Notes: generated by a model from the sequence alone, not told the origin. Positions 20,897 through 31,683 are shown, numbered from the stretch's first letter. The stretch is 64,000 nt of DNA from Acidobacteriota bacterium (GCA_040005235.1 JBDTZG010000004.1:128001-192000), one strand, 5' to 3'. Translations and numbers: made by a program.

Positions 20897-22150
20897 CTAG
20901 TCCAGCTTGATCCGGCTTACGTTGTCCCAGGCGGAGGTGTCGGAAAGAATGACTTGGTCGCCCACCTGGAGTCCGCTCACCAGCTCGATCGTGTTGACCG
21001 AGCTGCGCCCGAGCTGCACCGGGACCTTGACCGCTGCCTTACCCCCCTCGACCAGCTTGAACATCTCGACCTTGCTGTTGGGCTGGCCGTAGGCCGGCCG
21101 GCCTACGAACAGCACGTCGGGAAGGCGTTCGATCTCGATCGTGCCGTCGACCGCCAGGTCTGGCCGGGCGCCCTTGGGCAGCGCGGAGGTGAGCGCTACG
21201 TCCACCGTGACGGTGCCCTCTTGAACCGACGGGGCGATGCGCGCCACCCGGCCGGTGACCAGGCCGTTGCGGGTATCGATCGACGCCGTCTGGCCGAGCG
21301 CCACGTCCTTGGCCTGGGTTTCCGGAATGCGCAGCTCGGCTTTCAGCTCGCCCGGCCGGGCGACCCGCGCCAAGTTGGTGCCCGGCGTAACCCGTTGGCC
21401 GACCTGCACGGGAAGCTCTTGGAGAATGCCCGAGATCCCGGCGCGGACGTGCAGGCCTTCGACCTGGCGGCGCCTGAGCTCGACCAGCGTCTGGGCCTGC
21501 TCGACCCGTGCCCGCTGGGCCGAAAGCTGGGCCGACGCGGATTGAGTGCTCTTGGTCACCCGCTCCACTTCGATTCCCGCCTGCCGACCGAGCTGGTCGG
21601 CGCGCAGCCGGGAGAGGCGGAGGGTGAGATCGGGAATCAGCCCGTCTTTGGCCAGCTGTTGGTTCGCCTCGGCCTGCAGCTTCGCCTCTTGCGCCTGCGA
21701 ATCGACTGCGGCGGCCTGCGAACGCTGGTTCAGCACGTCACTTTCGAGCCGTGCGCGCAAGTCTAGAAAGTCGGCGTTGGCACCCTGGAGCTGCGATTCG
21801 GCGTCGCTCAAGCCCTGTTCTAGCTCCGGATTCGACAGCTCGAGCAGAATGGTGTCCGGCTCCACGGGAACTCCGGGCAGCGACGGGATCCGCTCGACGC
21901 GACCGTCCTGGGAGGCCGAAAGCCAGCGGATGTCGACCGGCACGAGCGTGCCCGGACCGCGCACCTGGCGCAGCATCGGGCCGCGCTGAACGGTGTCGAC
22001 CCAGACGGTTTCGCGCTCGACGGACGGCGCCGCCGGCTTGAGACGCGAGATGAGGTAAGTGATCAGCCCGATGGCGAGGACGCCGAGAGCCGCCCATGCG
22101 ATGCGCTGATTACGGCGTTTCCGGGTTTGGTCGGGTCGTTGAATATCCAT
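20897..22150 (-). CDS. Efflux periplasmic adaptor (HlyD/MacA family)
   Basis: N-terminal TM, VRGPGTLVP, coiled coil, SGLQVGDQVILSD. Confidence 0.9.
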   Translation of the reverse strand: MDIQRPDQTRKRRNQRIAWAALGVLAIGLITYLISRLKPAAPSVERETVWVDTVQRGPMLRQVRGPGTLVPVDIRWLSASQDGRVERIPSLPGVPVEPDTILLELSNPELEQGLSDAESQLQGANADFLDLRARLESDVLNQRSQAAAVDSQAQEAKLQAEANQQLAKDGLIPDLTLRLSRLRADQLGRQAGIEVERVTKSTQSASAQLSAQRARVEQAQTLVELRRRQVEGLHVRAGISGILQELPVQVGQRVTPGTNLARVARPGELKAELRIPETQAKDVALGQTASIDTRNGLVTGRVARIAPSVQEGTVTVDVALTSALPKGARPDLAVDGTIEIERLPDVLFVGRPAYGQPNSKVEMFKLVEGGKAAVKVPVQLGRSSVNTIELVSGLQVGDQVILSDTSAWDNVSRIKLD

Positions 22151-22305
22151 GTAGGGGGCTCCGAACGGTCTCGCAAGCAGTACGGCGCGAGGACAGGAAT
22201 GTTTCCGAGAACCTGCGGGGCGATGCTTAGGTGCTCGGGTTCACTCTCGCAGGTGCGCGAAGAGGGGCAAACGGGGACTCGCGGAGTCCCGAGGCTCGAA
22301 AACCG

Positions 22306-22815
22306 CTATCCAAGCCTACGCGCTTGGCCTAGAAGATGGCCCGCCTCGGGGAGGATCAACCGGTCGAGCGCGAGCGCCACCGCCTTGGGCGAGCCGGGCA
22401 GCAGAAAGATAGCGCGCCCCCGGGTCATCCCGGCGGCGGCCCGGGAAAGCATCGCGGCCGGTCCCACATCGGTAAACGAAAGCATTCGGAACAGCTCGCC
22501 GAATCCCTCGATCGGCCGTTCGAACAGCGGGGTCGCCGCCTCGATCGTCACGTCGCGGGGAGAAAAGCCGGTGCCTCCCGAGACCGCAACGACATCGACC
22601 CCCTCCAGCCCAAGGGCGGCGAGGACAGCCTCGCGCACCTCCGGGACCTCGTCGGGCACGATTTGGGTCGAGGCGACCGTATGACCGGCCGCCTCGACCC
22701 GCTCGCGCATCGTCCCGCCGGAGGTGTCGGTCTCCGGCGTCCGCGAATCGCTCACCGTAATCAGCGCGAAGCCGAGCCGGGTGGGCGAATACTGCCGATG
22801 CTGTTCAGCGCTCAA
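22306..22815 (-). CDS. moaB: Molybdenum cofactor biosynthesis MoaB/MogA family protein
   Basis: ITVSDSR, DTSG, SGGTGFSPRDVT, AMLSRA, LPGSP. Confidence 0.88.
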   Translation of the reverse strand: MSAEQHRQYSPTRLGFALITVSDSRTPETDTSGGTMRERVEAAGHTVASTQIVPDEVPEVREAVLAALGLEGVDVVAVSGGTGFSPRDVTIEAATPLFERPIEGFGELFRMLSFTDVGPAAMLSRAAAGMTRGRAIFLLPGSPKAVALALDRLILPEAGHLLGQARRLG

Positions 22816-22827
22816 AGCGTCCCTCGC

Positions 22828-23085
22828 TCAGCGCTTGAACCTGTGGTAGATGAAAAGCACGATCAAAGCGCCGAGAACGGCGATGATGAAGCTCCGGAAG
22901 TCGAAGCCGGAAATGCCGCCAAAGCCGAGGAGCGTCGCGATCCAGCCGCCGATCACCGCTCCGACGATGCCGATCAAGGGAGTCACCACACAGCCGCCCG
23001 GATCTTTGCCCGGCATAATCATCCGGCTGAGCCAGCCGGCCAGTGCACCGAATACCACCCACGAGATCAAGCCCATTGCTTGCAT
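22828..23085 (-). CDS. GlsB/YeaQ/YmgE stress-response membrane protein
   Basis: GLISWVVFGALAGWLSRMIMPG..GIVGAVIGG; TAGGAGG RBS. Confidence 0.9.
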   Translation of the reverse strand: MQAMGLISWVVFGALAGWLSRMIMPGKDPGGCVVTPLIGIVGAVIGGWIATLLGFGGISGFDFRSFIIAVLGALIVLFIYHRFKR

Positions 23086-23207
23086 CGAAAAATCCTCCTA
23101 GGAAAGAGTCACCCGGCGGATGAAGCCGGAATTTGTCCTGCGGACGGCCCAGAGGGCCGAGTGCGAAGAGAACGCGGCATCGGCGCCACGACCCGATACA
23201 ATGAGAT

Positions 23208-25880
23208 ATGCACGACCCGCGCCCCCGACTCTTCCTGATCGACGGCTACTCGAACATCTTCCGAGCTTACTACGCGATTCGCAACCTCTCGAACTCGCGC
23301 GGGGAGCCGACCAACGCCGTCTACGGCTTCATCCAGATGCTCCGGAAGCTCCTGCGGGAGGAGCGGCCGGAGCTGATCGGCGTGGCGCTCGATCTCTCCG
23401 GCCGCACCGTCCGGACCGAGAAATACGAGGCCTACAAGGCGAACCGTCCGCCGACTCCCCCGGATCTCAAAAGCCAGATTCCGCTCGTCCGCCGGGCGCT
23501 TGAAGCGTACCGAATCCCGGTGCTTGAGCTGTTGGGCTACGAGGCGGACGACGTGCTCGGCACCCTCGCCTTGAAGGCCTCGGGCGAGGGGTACGACGTG
23601 GTCCTGGTCTCCGCCGACAAGGACCTGATGCAGCTGATCGGGCCGCACGTTTCGATGTACCACACCGGCCGCAACAAGTTGTACGGCCCGGCCGAAGTGA
23701 CCGAAGATTTCGGCCTGCCGCCCGAAAAGGTGGTCGACGTTCTCGCGCTGATGGGCGACGCGGTCGACAACGTTCCCGGGGTCCCGGGGATCGGCGACAA
23801 GGGGGCGAAGGCGCTGATCCAGGAGTACGGCACGCTCGAAGCGCTGCTCGATCGGGCGGGCGAGATCACCCGGAAGAGCTACCGCGAAAGCCTGACCGCC
23901 AACCGCGAGCTGGCCCTGCTGTCGAAGGAACTGGTCACCATCCATACCGATCTACCGATCGTCCTCGATCCTCTGGCCCTGCGTCTCGACGCGCCGGACG
24001 AGGACGCCCTGCGCAGCCTGTTCGGCGACCTCGAGTTCTTTTCGTTGCTCGAAGAGCTGAAGGCTTCGGCGCGGCAGAGCCCGTCCGAGATCGTCGCTGC
24101 CGAGGAGATCGTCGACCGGGCCGCTTTCGAGCAGGCCGCAGCGGCCGCCATGGCGAACACGGCGGCTCCGGCTGCCCCGGCTTCGAACGCCGAGCTGTGC
24201 GTCCTCCTGCTCGGCACCGAGCCGCCCATCGGCCTCGCCTGGCTCGCGGGGGATGGCGTGCCGCGCTATGTCGACTTGCGTCGGGAAGGTCTCGCCGATG
24301 CCGCCTGCGAGGCGATCGGCACCTGGCTCGGCAACCCGGAGCTGAAGCTGGTCGGCCACGACTTGAAAGAGCTGCTGCGGCGGATCTGCAACGCGCCGAT
24401 CCAGGCAGATCTGTTCGACGAGATGCTCATCTCTTACCTCTTGAAGCCGTCGATCCACGGCCACGCGCTCGACGAGGTGGCGGTCGAACGGCTGAACCGT
24501 ACGCTGCTCACGGCGAAAGAGGTCGGCTGGGACAAGGGCCAAGAGCCGCCGCAGGGAGACTCGCGACTCGGCATGTATGCCGGCGAGAGGCTCGAAGTGG
24601 TCCGTTCCCTGGCCGGCCCGATGCGCGGCGAGTTGGCCGCGGCGGGGTCGCTCGGAAAGGTCTACACCGAGATCGAGCGCCCGCTGATGTCGGTCCTGGT
24701 GCGGATGGAAGAGACCGGGATCCTGCTCGACGTCGAATTCCTGCATGCCATGGCGAGGGAGCTGAACGGAGAGATCCTCAAGTTGGAGCAAGAGATCTTC
24801 GACCTCGCGGGAGAGAAGTTCAACCTCGGCTCGCCGCAGCAGCTGGGTGTTCTCTTGTTCGAAAAGCTCGGCTATCCGGTGCTCAAGCGGACCCAGAAAA
24901 CCAAAAGCTATTCGACCGGCGCGGAGATCCTCGAAGAGCTGGCCGCCCGCGGCTACCCGATCGCCGAGCGTATTCTGCGCTATCGCGAGCTGACCAAGCT
25001 GCAATCGACCTACGTCGAGGCGCTGCCCGGCATGGTCGCCGCCGACGGCCGAATCCACACCCGGTTCAACCAGGCGGTCGCGGCGACCGGCCGGCTATCT
25101 TCGACCAACCCGAACCTGCAGAACATCCCCGTCCGCACCGAGATCGGCCAGCGCATCCGCCGGGCGTTCGTCGCCCCTCCCGGCCACCTGCTGGTAATCG
25201 CGGACTACAGCCAGATCGAGCTGCGCATCCTTGCCCACATCGCCGAGGATCCAACTCTCGTGGCGGCGTTCGAGGCGGGGGAGGACATCCACCGGGCGAC
25301 CGCGGCGACCGTCCTTCACGTCGATCCCGACCTGGTGACCCCCGAGCAGCGCCGGGCGGCCAAGGTGATCAACTTCGGCATCCTCTACGGCATGAGCGCG
25401 TTCGGTCTCGCCGCGAACCTCAAAATCCCGCAGAAAGAAGCCGACCGGTTCATCCGCGAGTACCTGGAACGTTTTCCCGGCGTCCGGCGTTACATCGAGG
25501 AGACGGAAGCCTCGGCGGAGCGCGACGGCAAGGTCGAGACGCTCTACGGCCGTGTCCGTTGGCTGCCCGACATTCAAAGCAAGAACCGCAACCTGCGAGA
25601 GAACGCCAAGCGAATGGCGATCAACGCCCGCATCCAGGGCACCGCGGCCGACTTGTTGAAGCTCGCGATGATCGAGGTCGACGCCCGGCTCGCCAGGGAG
25701 CACCCGGCGGTTCGCCTGTTGCTCACCGTGCACGACGAGCTGGTGTTCGAGGTCCCGGAGGCCGACGCCGAGCGCGTCGCCCAGGTGGTCAAGGAAGAGA
25801 TGGAAGGGGTGGCCCGGTTGCGCGTCCCGCTGGTGGTCGACACCGGTCGCGGCGCCAGCTGGTATGAGGCGAAAGGCTAA
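23208..25880 (+). CDS. polA: DNA polymerase I
   Basis: LIDGYS, EADDV, TGRLSSTNPNLQNIP, ADYSQIELR, KVINFGILYG, VHDEL. Confidence 0.98.
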   Translation: MHDPRPRLFLIDGYSNIFRAYYAIRNLSNSRGEPTNAVYGFIQMLRKLLREERPELIGVALDLSGRTVRTEKYEAYKANRPPTPPDLKSQIPLVRRALEAYRIPVLELLGYEADDVLGTLALKASGEGYDVVLVSADKDLMQLIGPHVSMYHTGRNKLYGPAEVTEDFGLPPEKVVDVLALMGDAVDNVPGVPGIGDKGAKALIQEYGTLEALLDRAGEITRKSYRESLTANRELALLSKELVTIHTDLPIVLDPLALRLDAPDEDALRSLFGDLEFFSLLEELKASARQSPSEIVAAEEIVDRAAFEQAAAAAMANTAAPAAPASNAELCVLLLGTEPPIGLAWLAGDGVPRYVDLRREGLADAACEAIGTWLGNPELKLVGHDLKELLRRICNAPIQADLFDEMLISYLLKPSIHGHALDEVAVERLNRTLLTAKEVGWDKGQEPPQGDSRLGMYAGERLEVVRSLAGPMRGELAAAGSLGKVYTEIERPLMSVLVRMEETGILLDVEFLHAMARELNGEILKLEQEIFDLAGEKFNLGSPQQLGVLLFEKLGYPVLKRTQKTKSYSTGAEILEELAARGYPIAERILRYRELTKLQSTYVEALPGMVAADGRIHTRFNQAVAATGRLSSTNPNLQNIPVRTEIGQRIRRAFVAPPGHLLVIADYSQIELRILAHIAEDPTLVAAFEAGEDIHRATAATVLHVDPDLVTPEQRRAAKVINFGILYGMSAFGLAANLKIPQKEADRFIREYLERFPGVRRYIEETEASAERDGKVETLYGRVRWLPDIQSKNRNLRENAKRMAINARIQGTAADLLKLAMIEVDARLAREHPAVRLLLTVHDELVFEVPEADAERVAQVVKEEMEGVARLRVPLVVDTGRGASWYEAKG

Positions 25881-25907
25881 GAGTCGCTTTCGGAAAGGAG
25901 CAACACG

Positions 25908-26564
25908 ATGGCTTTCGGTTTTGGCAATTCCAAATCGGCGATTCCGCGTCCCGAGGACGCGCTGGTCGGTCGTTCGACAGCGCTTTCAGTCCCGGAACGT
26001 CATTTCGTACTCGGCACGCCGCTCGCTCCCCCGTACCCGGAGGGGATGGAGCTGGCGCTGTTCGGTCTCGGCTGTTTCTGGGGCGCCGAGCGCCTGTTCT
26101 GGCAGGTGCCGGGGGTCTATTCGACTTCGGTCGGCTACGCCGGTGGCTACACCGCGAATCCGACCTACCGTGAGGTCTGCAGCGGCCAGACCGGCCACAC
26201 GGAGGTGGTGCGGGTGGTGTTCGATCCCGCCCAGGTGAGCTATGCCGCGTTGCTCCAGCTGTTCTGGGAGAACCACGATCCGACCCAAGGCATGCGCCAG
26301 GGGGGCGATGCCGGAACCCAATATCGCTCCGCGATCTACACCTACGGCGCCGAGCAGGCCGCGGCGGCGACCGCCAGCGGCGCCGCCTACCAAGAGCGCC
26401 TCAACGCCGCGGGCTACGGAGCGATTACCACCGAGATCGTCGCTGCCCCCGAGTACTACTTCGCCGAGGACTACCACCAGCAATACCTGGCGAAAAAGCC
26501 GGACGGCTACTGCGGTATCGGCGGGACCGGGGTGTCCTGCCCGATCGGGTTGGCTGCGGTATAA
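25908..26564 (+). CDS. msrA: Peptide-methionine (S)-S-oxide reductase
   Basis: [29 protein letters not shown]. Confidence 0.97.
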   Translation: MAFGFGNSKSAIPRPEDALVGRSTALSVPERHFVLGTPLAPPYPEGMELALFGLGCFWGAERLFWQVPGVYSTSVGYAGGYTANPTYREVCSGQTGHTEVVRVVFDPAQVSYAALLQLFWENHDPTQGMRQGGDAGTQYRSAIYTYGAEQAAAATASGAAYQERLNAAGYGAITTEIVAAPEYYFAEDYHQQYLAKKPDGYCGIGGTGVSCPIGLAAV

Positions 26565-26574
26565 TTTCCAAGCG

Positions 26575-27174
26575 ATGCCTATCGCTCTGCTGGAAGAACC
26601 GCCGCTCGCGTTGCCTGGGTCTTTGGGTCCCTATCGGGCCAAGGATTACGCGAACCTTCCCGATTCGCCGCGCTGCGAGCTGATCCAGGGGAACTTCTAC
26701 GTGCCGCCGAGCCCCGCGATTCCCCACCAGTTCCTCGCCTTCGAGCTGGCCAAGCGGCTCGATGTCCCTGCCCGGGAAGCCGGGGGGTACGTGTTCATGG
26801 CTCCCCTGGACGTCCGCCTCGCCGATCATTCGATCGTCCAGCCAGACGTGATCTACGTCTCGGCAGCGCGGCGCGGAATCCTCGGCGATCGCCAAGGCTG
26901 GATCGAGGGCGCGCCCGACCTGCTGATCGAGATCCTTTCGCCAGGAACCGCCCGGCGCGATCGGGTGCAGAAGCTCGATCTCTACGCCCGTTCAGGGATC
27001 GCCGAGTACTGGATCGTCGAGCCGGCCGAGCGCCAGATCCAATTCCTGGTGAACGAAAACGGCCGTTTCGTCGTCGCCCTGCCGGACGGCTCCGTCTATC
27101 GCTCCGCCGTCCTCGCCGAGATCAACCTCGACCTCGAAGCCTTCTGGGCCGAAGCGTCCCGCCGGCTCGGCTAA
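26575..27174 (+). CDS. Uma2 family (DUF820) endonuclease-like protein
   Basis: ELIQG..PSP..PHQ, VQPDV, GAPDLLIEILSPGT, KLDLYARSGIAEYWIV. Confidence 0.9.
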   Translation: MPIALLEEPPLALPGSLGPYRAKDYANLPDSPRCELIQGNFYVPPSPAIPHQFLAFELAKRLDVPAREAGGYVFMAPLDVRLADHSIVQPDVIYVSAARRGILGDRQGWIEGAPDLLIEILSPGTARRDRVQKLDLYARSGIAEYWIVEPAERQIQFLVNENGRFVVALPDGSVYRSAVLAEINLDLEAFWAEASRRLG

Positions 27175-28424
27175 GAGCGAAGTAGTCGGGCCAACCCCCC
27201 GTCGATCGCTTTCTTGATGTCCCGCATGCTCCGCGTGCCCACCCCTGCCCGGCGGGCGTGAGCCCGCCACTCGGCCGCAGCCGCAGCGACCTGATCGAGG
27301 ATCGATTCGGCGTCTGCGGCCTCGATGCCCGCCGGGGCAGCGAGTTTGAGCAGGTGCCGGCGGGCCGGCGCTCGGCCCTCGCCCGCGACAGTCATCGTGT
27401 GTTCCCCGCCGGGTCCCTCGGCAAACACGAGGTCGTAGGCCGGTGCCAGCTCCCAGACGCCTTCGTCGGTCATGCGGAAGGCGAAGTTCTTCACATGGTC
27501 GTCCCGATTGTGGGTCAGCACGTTGAACGCCATCCTGCGGTAGCACTCCAAGACGTCCCGGTGACTTCGAGTCAAGATCCGCGTCACTTCAAGCAACTGC
27601 CGGTAGTCGCAGCTCGGAATGCGGAAATTGGCATGGATGAGGTTGCCGAAGGTATGCACGTGGTACCGGCGGTTGCCCTTCCGGTCGAAGCGTTCCACGC
27701 CGAAAAACCGCTCTCCCTCCGCCGTCTCGAATAGGCGAGTCGGCGGCATCGTGAGGCCCGCTTCCTTCGCCATCAAGGAATAGGCAAGCTCGGTCGGGCC
27801 TGCGTCGGCCGATTCCGCATGGGCGGGGAACTTGACGATCCAATGGGAATACCCAGCGGGCAGGTCGTCTTCCCCCGAGAGGATCGAATCGCCGCGGACG
27901 CCCACCAGTACTTTGGGCCGAGCCCCGCCGGGACTTCCCCCCGCGCGCAGCAAGAGAGGCAACACCTCGCCTGCCTCACCCTCGATGACCTGCCGGGAGG
28001 CGAGAGCCATGCGATGGAGGTCGAGAATTCGATCCGTAGAATCCGAGGGCTCGATCGGCGGGTGATAGGTGAGCGCTCCCATGGTTCGGCTGCCCAGGTA
28101 GGCCAATCGATCCAAGACCGAGATTTCGGCCAGAGCCGAGCCTTGCTGGCGAAAGAATCGATCCATCAGCAGAAGGCCCCAACCATCCGGCAACGAATCG
28201 TCGAACAAACCGAAGATCGGGCCGAAGTCGTGGTCGCGGTGCTCGATGAGCCCGGCCTGCGGCGGCAGCTTGAAAGGCGAAAGCCAAAGCGGATCGGCAA
28301 GGAAGGCGGAATCGTATTCGAACACCGGTTGCCGTCCCGCCGGCCGGGCTCCGTTCTCCGCCAGCCGGCCGACGAGGCGTTCCTCGCCCGGTTCGCGGTG
28401 GAGGCGCACTTCCAGCCTCTTCAT
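27171..28424 (-). CDS. hipA: HipA family kinase toxin
   Basis: DSLPDGWG, GGSPGGARPK, NRDDHVKNF, LAPAYDL. Confidence 0.93.
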   Translation of the reverse strand: MKRLEVRLHREPGEERLVGRLAENGARPAGRQPVFEYDSAFLADPLWLSPFKLPPQAGLIEHRDHDFGPIFGLFDDSLPDGWGLLLMDRFFRQQGSALAEISVLDRLAYLGSRTMGALTYHPPIEPSDSTDRILDLHRMALASRQVIEGEAGEVLPLLLRAGGSPGGARPKVLVGVRGDSILSGEDDLPAGYSHWIVKFPAHAESADAGPTELAYSLMAKEAGLTMPPTRLFETAEGERFFGVERFDRKGNRRYHVHTFGNLIHANFRIPSCDYRQLLEVTRILTRSHRDVLECYRRMAFNVLTHNRDDHVKNFAFRMTDEGVWELAPAYDLVFAEGPGGEHTMTVAGEGRAPARRHLLKLAAPAGIEAADAESILDQVAAAAAEWRAHARRAGVGTRSMRDIKKAIDGGLARLLRS

Positions 28425-28726
28425 AGGCGGCCTCTCTTGCGCTCAGGCCGCTTCTCCGCTTTCTCCATTTCGGCGATCGAAGACGCGGGAGGGAGCTTCA
28501 GCAACGAGGCGAAGTCGTCCAACCGGTAGAGCGCAAAGGCCAGGGCGAGCAGGCTTTCGAGCGAAATTCGACCCGACTCCTCGAATCGCCGCAGGGAGGC
28601 GAGGCTGACTCCGGAACGTTCCGCCAGCGTGATCTGCTTCCATCCTTGCGTCAGCCGCAGAGCCCTGGCGCGGCCCGCAAGGTCCTTCGCGACCTGCTCG
28701 GGGGTGGTGAGTGAGAATCGGTCCAT
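28421..28726 (-). CDS. XRE-HTH antitoxin (HipB-like)
   Basis: LAERSGVSLASLRRFEESGRISL; ATGA overlap with hipA. Confidence 0.88.
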   Translation of the reverse strand: MDRFSLTTPEQVAKDLAGRARALRLTQGWKQITLAERSGVSLASLRRFEESGRISLESLLALAFALYRLDDFASLLKLPPASSIAEMEKAEKRPERKRGRL

Positions 28727-28760
28727 CGGCTTAAGCCTCCCGATCGGTAGCCATGTTAGA

Positions 28761-28774
28761 GCTATTATAGTAGC
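28761..28774 (-). promoter_or_regulatory. -10 box TATAAT within a near-palindrome; putative hipBA promoter/operator
   Basis: Minus strand reads GCTACTATAATAGC about 35 nt upstream of the antitoxin start. Confidence 0.5.
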
Positions 28775-28944
28775 GGTAGATGCCGAAAGGACGGGTTAAA
28801 CGTTCGCAGAAGGGCGCTTCGAAGAGGCTGCCTGCTTCTGCGGCCGGGAGACGCCCCGACGGGCTAGCACCCGGCAGGGTCGTGGTTGGGTGCCGGGGCG
28901 TCGCTACGGTCGCCCTACCCGGGCGGGCTCGCTATACTGCCGCG

Positions 28945-30387
28945 GTGCGTCGCTTCGCCCTTCTGATCGTTCTCTTCGCCCTCCCGCTCTGCCTGGTTCC
29001 GGGGCGGGGGACGGGGGGTGTCCCTTCGCCGCTGGTCACCGCGCTCTCGGTAGAGGTTTCGGCGACCTTGCGCAATGCCGCTGCGCCCGGGGTGTTCGTC
29101 GCCCGCATCGACGACGGCGAGACGGTTTTCGATTTCGACGGCGACACGCCGCGCATCCTCGCTTCGAATACCAAGCTGCTGACTACGGCCGCCGCGCTGG
29201 ACGCCTTCGGTCCGGGGTACTTCTTCGAGACCCGCTTTCTCTCCCGGGGCGACGTGCGCGACGGGGTACTGCGGGGCGATCTGGGGGTGGTGGGCGGCGG
29301 CGATCCCAGCATTTCCGGCCGCGATTGGGCGGGCGACTCCTATGCCGTGTTCCGCCAATGGGCGGCGGCTCTGCGGGCGCGCGGAGTACGGCGAGTGGCA
29401 GGTGACCTTTATCTCGCTCATGGGCTGTTCGAGGCGCGGCGCATTCATCCCGATTGGCCGACCGAGCAGCTCGACGCCTGGTACGAGGCGCCGATCGACG
29501 CGCTGTCGTTCAACGACAACTGCATCCTGATCCGCGTTCGCCCCGGGGCGGCCGGCCAGGCGCCGCAGATCGAGACGATCCCGCCGGTCCAACTCCTGCG
29601 GGTGGACAATCGCGCGAAGACGGTCGCCGGCCGGTCGAACAATCCGGTGGTGCGCCGCGAAGGGGATTTGCTGATCGTCTCCGGCAAGATCGGTACCGCG
29701 AACGGTCCGTTCGACACCTGGATTTCGGTGCCCGATCCGACCCTCTATTTCGGCCTATCGTTGATCGATGCCCTGCGCGAGGAGGGTATCCAGGTCGTGG
29801 GCAAGGCGCTGCCGGTCGAGGGCCTGCCCGGCGAGGTTTGGGAGCGGCTCGCGGCCTACAAGAGCGGATTGCTTTCGGCAGTCGAAGTGGCGAACAAACG
29901 GAGCCAGAACTTCTACGCCGAAAGCCTGGTCAAGCTGCTCGGCGCACGGCGTTGCGGCCACGGCGGTTGGCACGAGGGCACCGAGGCGGTTGCTGAGTTC
30001 CTCCTCTCCTTCGGCGTGCCGGCCAGCTCGTTTCGGCTCGCCGACGGCTCCGGCATGTCGCGCGGCAACCAACTCTCGCCGCACCAGATGACGCGCCTGC
30101 TGCGGCACATGTGGTTCCACCCTTCCGGGGCCGAATTCGTTCATTCGCTGCCGTTCGGCGGCGAGGACAACGGCGGCTGGAAGTCGCGCCTCGCGAGTCC
30201 CCCCTACCAGGGCAACGTCTTCGCCAAGACCGGTACCCTCGCCGACGTATCGAGCCTGTCGGGTTATGCCCGCGCTGTGTCGGGTCGGGTCTACGCGTTC
30301 TCGATCCTCCTGAACCAGACGCGCAGCAACGAGGAAGCCCACCGCGAGCAGGATCGGATCGTCAAAGCGATCATCGATCAGGGCTGA
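28945..30387 (+). CDS. dacB: D-Ala-D-Ala carboxypeptidase/endopeptidase PBP4
   Basis: ASNTK, GGGDPS, SQNFYAE, DGSGMSR, AKTGTL. Confidence 0.93.
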   Translation: MRRFALLIVLFALPLCLVPGRGTGGVPSPLVTALSVEVSATLRNAAAPGVFVARIDDGETVFDFDGDTPRILASNTKLLTTAAALDAFGPGYFFETRFLSRGDVRDGVLRGDLGVVGGGDPSISGRDWAGDSYAVFRQWAAALRARGVRRVAGDLYLAHGLFEARRIHPDWPTEQLDAWYEAPIDALSFNDNCILIRVRPGAAGQAPQIETIPPVQLLRVDNRAKTVAGRSNNPVVRREGDLLIVSGKIGTANGPFDTWISVPDPTLYFGLSLIDALREEGIQVVGKALPVEGLPGEVWERLAAYKSGLLSAVEVANKRSQNFYAESLVKLLGARRCGHGGWHEGTEAVAEFLLSFGVPASSFRLADGSGMSRGNQLSPHQMTRLLRHMWFHPSGAEFVHSLPFGGEDNGGWKSRLASPPYQGNVFAKTGTLADVSSLSGYARAVSGRVYAFSILLNQTRSNEEAHREQDRIVKAIIDQG

Positions 30388-30405
30388 AAAGCCGACCTGG
30401 GGAGA

Positions 30406-31683
30406 ATGCCGGAGATGTCCATAGAAGTCCGCGCGGTCAACTACCGCGAGTTGATGAAGAAAGTCGAGCAGGTCGTTTCCGCGATCGACCGCTCGGACGA
30501 CGTGTCGAGCACCATCCAGACGGTGATCGAGACGATCATTCAGAAGTTCCGCGACGAGCTGGGCATCTACGGTGGCCGGCTCTATCGCCTAGAGGGTAAC
30601 CAGTACGTGCTCGAAGGTCTGTTCGGCGACGCCGCCCCGGTCGAGCTCGGCCTCAAGATCCCCTGGTCGTACCCGCCGTTCGAGAGGCTGGCAGAGGACG
30701 GCGTGGTCTATATGGCGGCGGACGATCCGGGGGTCGATCCCGAGCTCGAAGCGAAACTCGGCGTGCAGCGCTTCGCCGCGGTCGAGGTGGGCGACGAGGA
30801 TTTCGTGCTTGCCTTCGATATCGCACCGGGAGTCTCAGCCGACGACGTCCGTTTCTCGCTCGGCATCCTGCGCCACAGCATCAACGAGAAAATCCGCCGC
30901 GAGCGGATGCGCACGCTGTTTGAAGAGGCGCGGAAGATCCAGGCGTCGATCCTGCCGCGCCGGGTGCCCAGCTACGGCCAGTTCGATCTGTTCGGCCGGT
31001 TCGAGCCGATGGAGAGCGTCGGCGGCGACTTCTTCGACTACATCCCGCTCACCGAAAAGATCCTGGGGCTCGCGATCGCCGACGTCTCGGGCCACGGCCT
31101 GACCGCCGCGCTCCAGGTCCGCGACATCTACATGGGCCTGCGCATGGGGCTCGCCCGCGACCTGAAGATCGTCCGCACGGTGGAACGCCTGAATTCGATC
31201 ATCCATCGCAGCACGCTCACCAGCCGTTTCGTCTCCATGTTCTACGGCGAGCTGGAGCTGAACGGCACGTTCATCTATGTGAACGCCGGGCACCCGCCGC
31301 CGTTTCACCTGGCGGCCGACGGCACTTGCCGTTTGCTGGAAGAAGGAGGCCCGGTGCTCGGCCCGCTCGCCTCGGTCTCTTACGAGCGCGGCTTCGTGAT
31401 CATGAGGCCGGGCGACATGCTGGTGTTCTACACCGACGGCATCGTCGAGGCACTGGGCAAAGGAGAGGGCGCCGAGCGCGAAGAGTACGGCCTCCGCCGC
31501 CTGATCCAGGTCGCAAGCGCGAACCGCGGTCCGTCGGCCCAGGCGGTGGTGGAAGCCGTCTTCAAGGACGTCGAACGTTTCTCGGATGGCGAGCCGCCCC
31601 AGGACGATCGAACCGTCATGGTGGTCTGCCAACCGCCAGGGGATATCCCCACCCAGGCGTTTCCGCGGCCACGGTTCGTGTAG
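30406..31683 (+). CDS. SpoIIE/RsbU PP2C phosphatase with degenerate GAF-like N-terminus
   Basis: VGGDFFD, ADVSGHG, YVNAGHPP, YTDGIVE, QDDRT. Confidence 0.92.
   Translation: MPEMSIEVRAVNYRELMKKVEQVVSAIDRSDDVSSTIQTVIETIIQKFRDELGIYGGRLYRLEGNQYVLEGLFGDAAPVELGLKIPWSYPPFERLAEDGVVYMAADDPGVDPELEAKLGVQRFAAVEVGDEDFVLAFDIAPGVSADDVRFSLGILRHSINEKIRRERMRTLFEEARKIQASILPRRVPSYGQFDLFGRFEPMESVGGDFFDYIPLTEKILGLAIADVSGHGLTAALQVRDIYMGLRMGLARDLKIVRTVERLNSIIHRSTLTSRFVSMFYGELELNGTFIYVNAGHPPPFHLAADGTCRLLEEGGPVLGPLASVSYERGFVIMRPGDMLVFYTDGIVEALGKGEGAEREEYGLRRLIQVASANRGPSAQAVVEAVFKDVERFSDGEPPQDDRTVMVVCQPPGDIPTQAFPRPRFV

Noticed and set aside
20856-20913. Short near-duplication of the adaptor 3' end plus a small hairpin
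   Set aside because: Too short and degenerate to support a function or an att site
24200-24700. Degenerate 3'-5' exonuclease region of PolA
   Set aside because: Common in many bacterial Pol I enzymes
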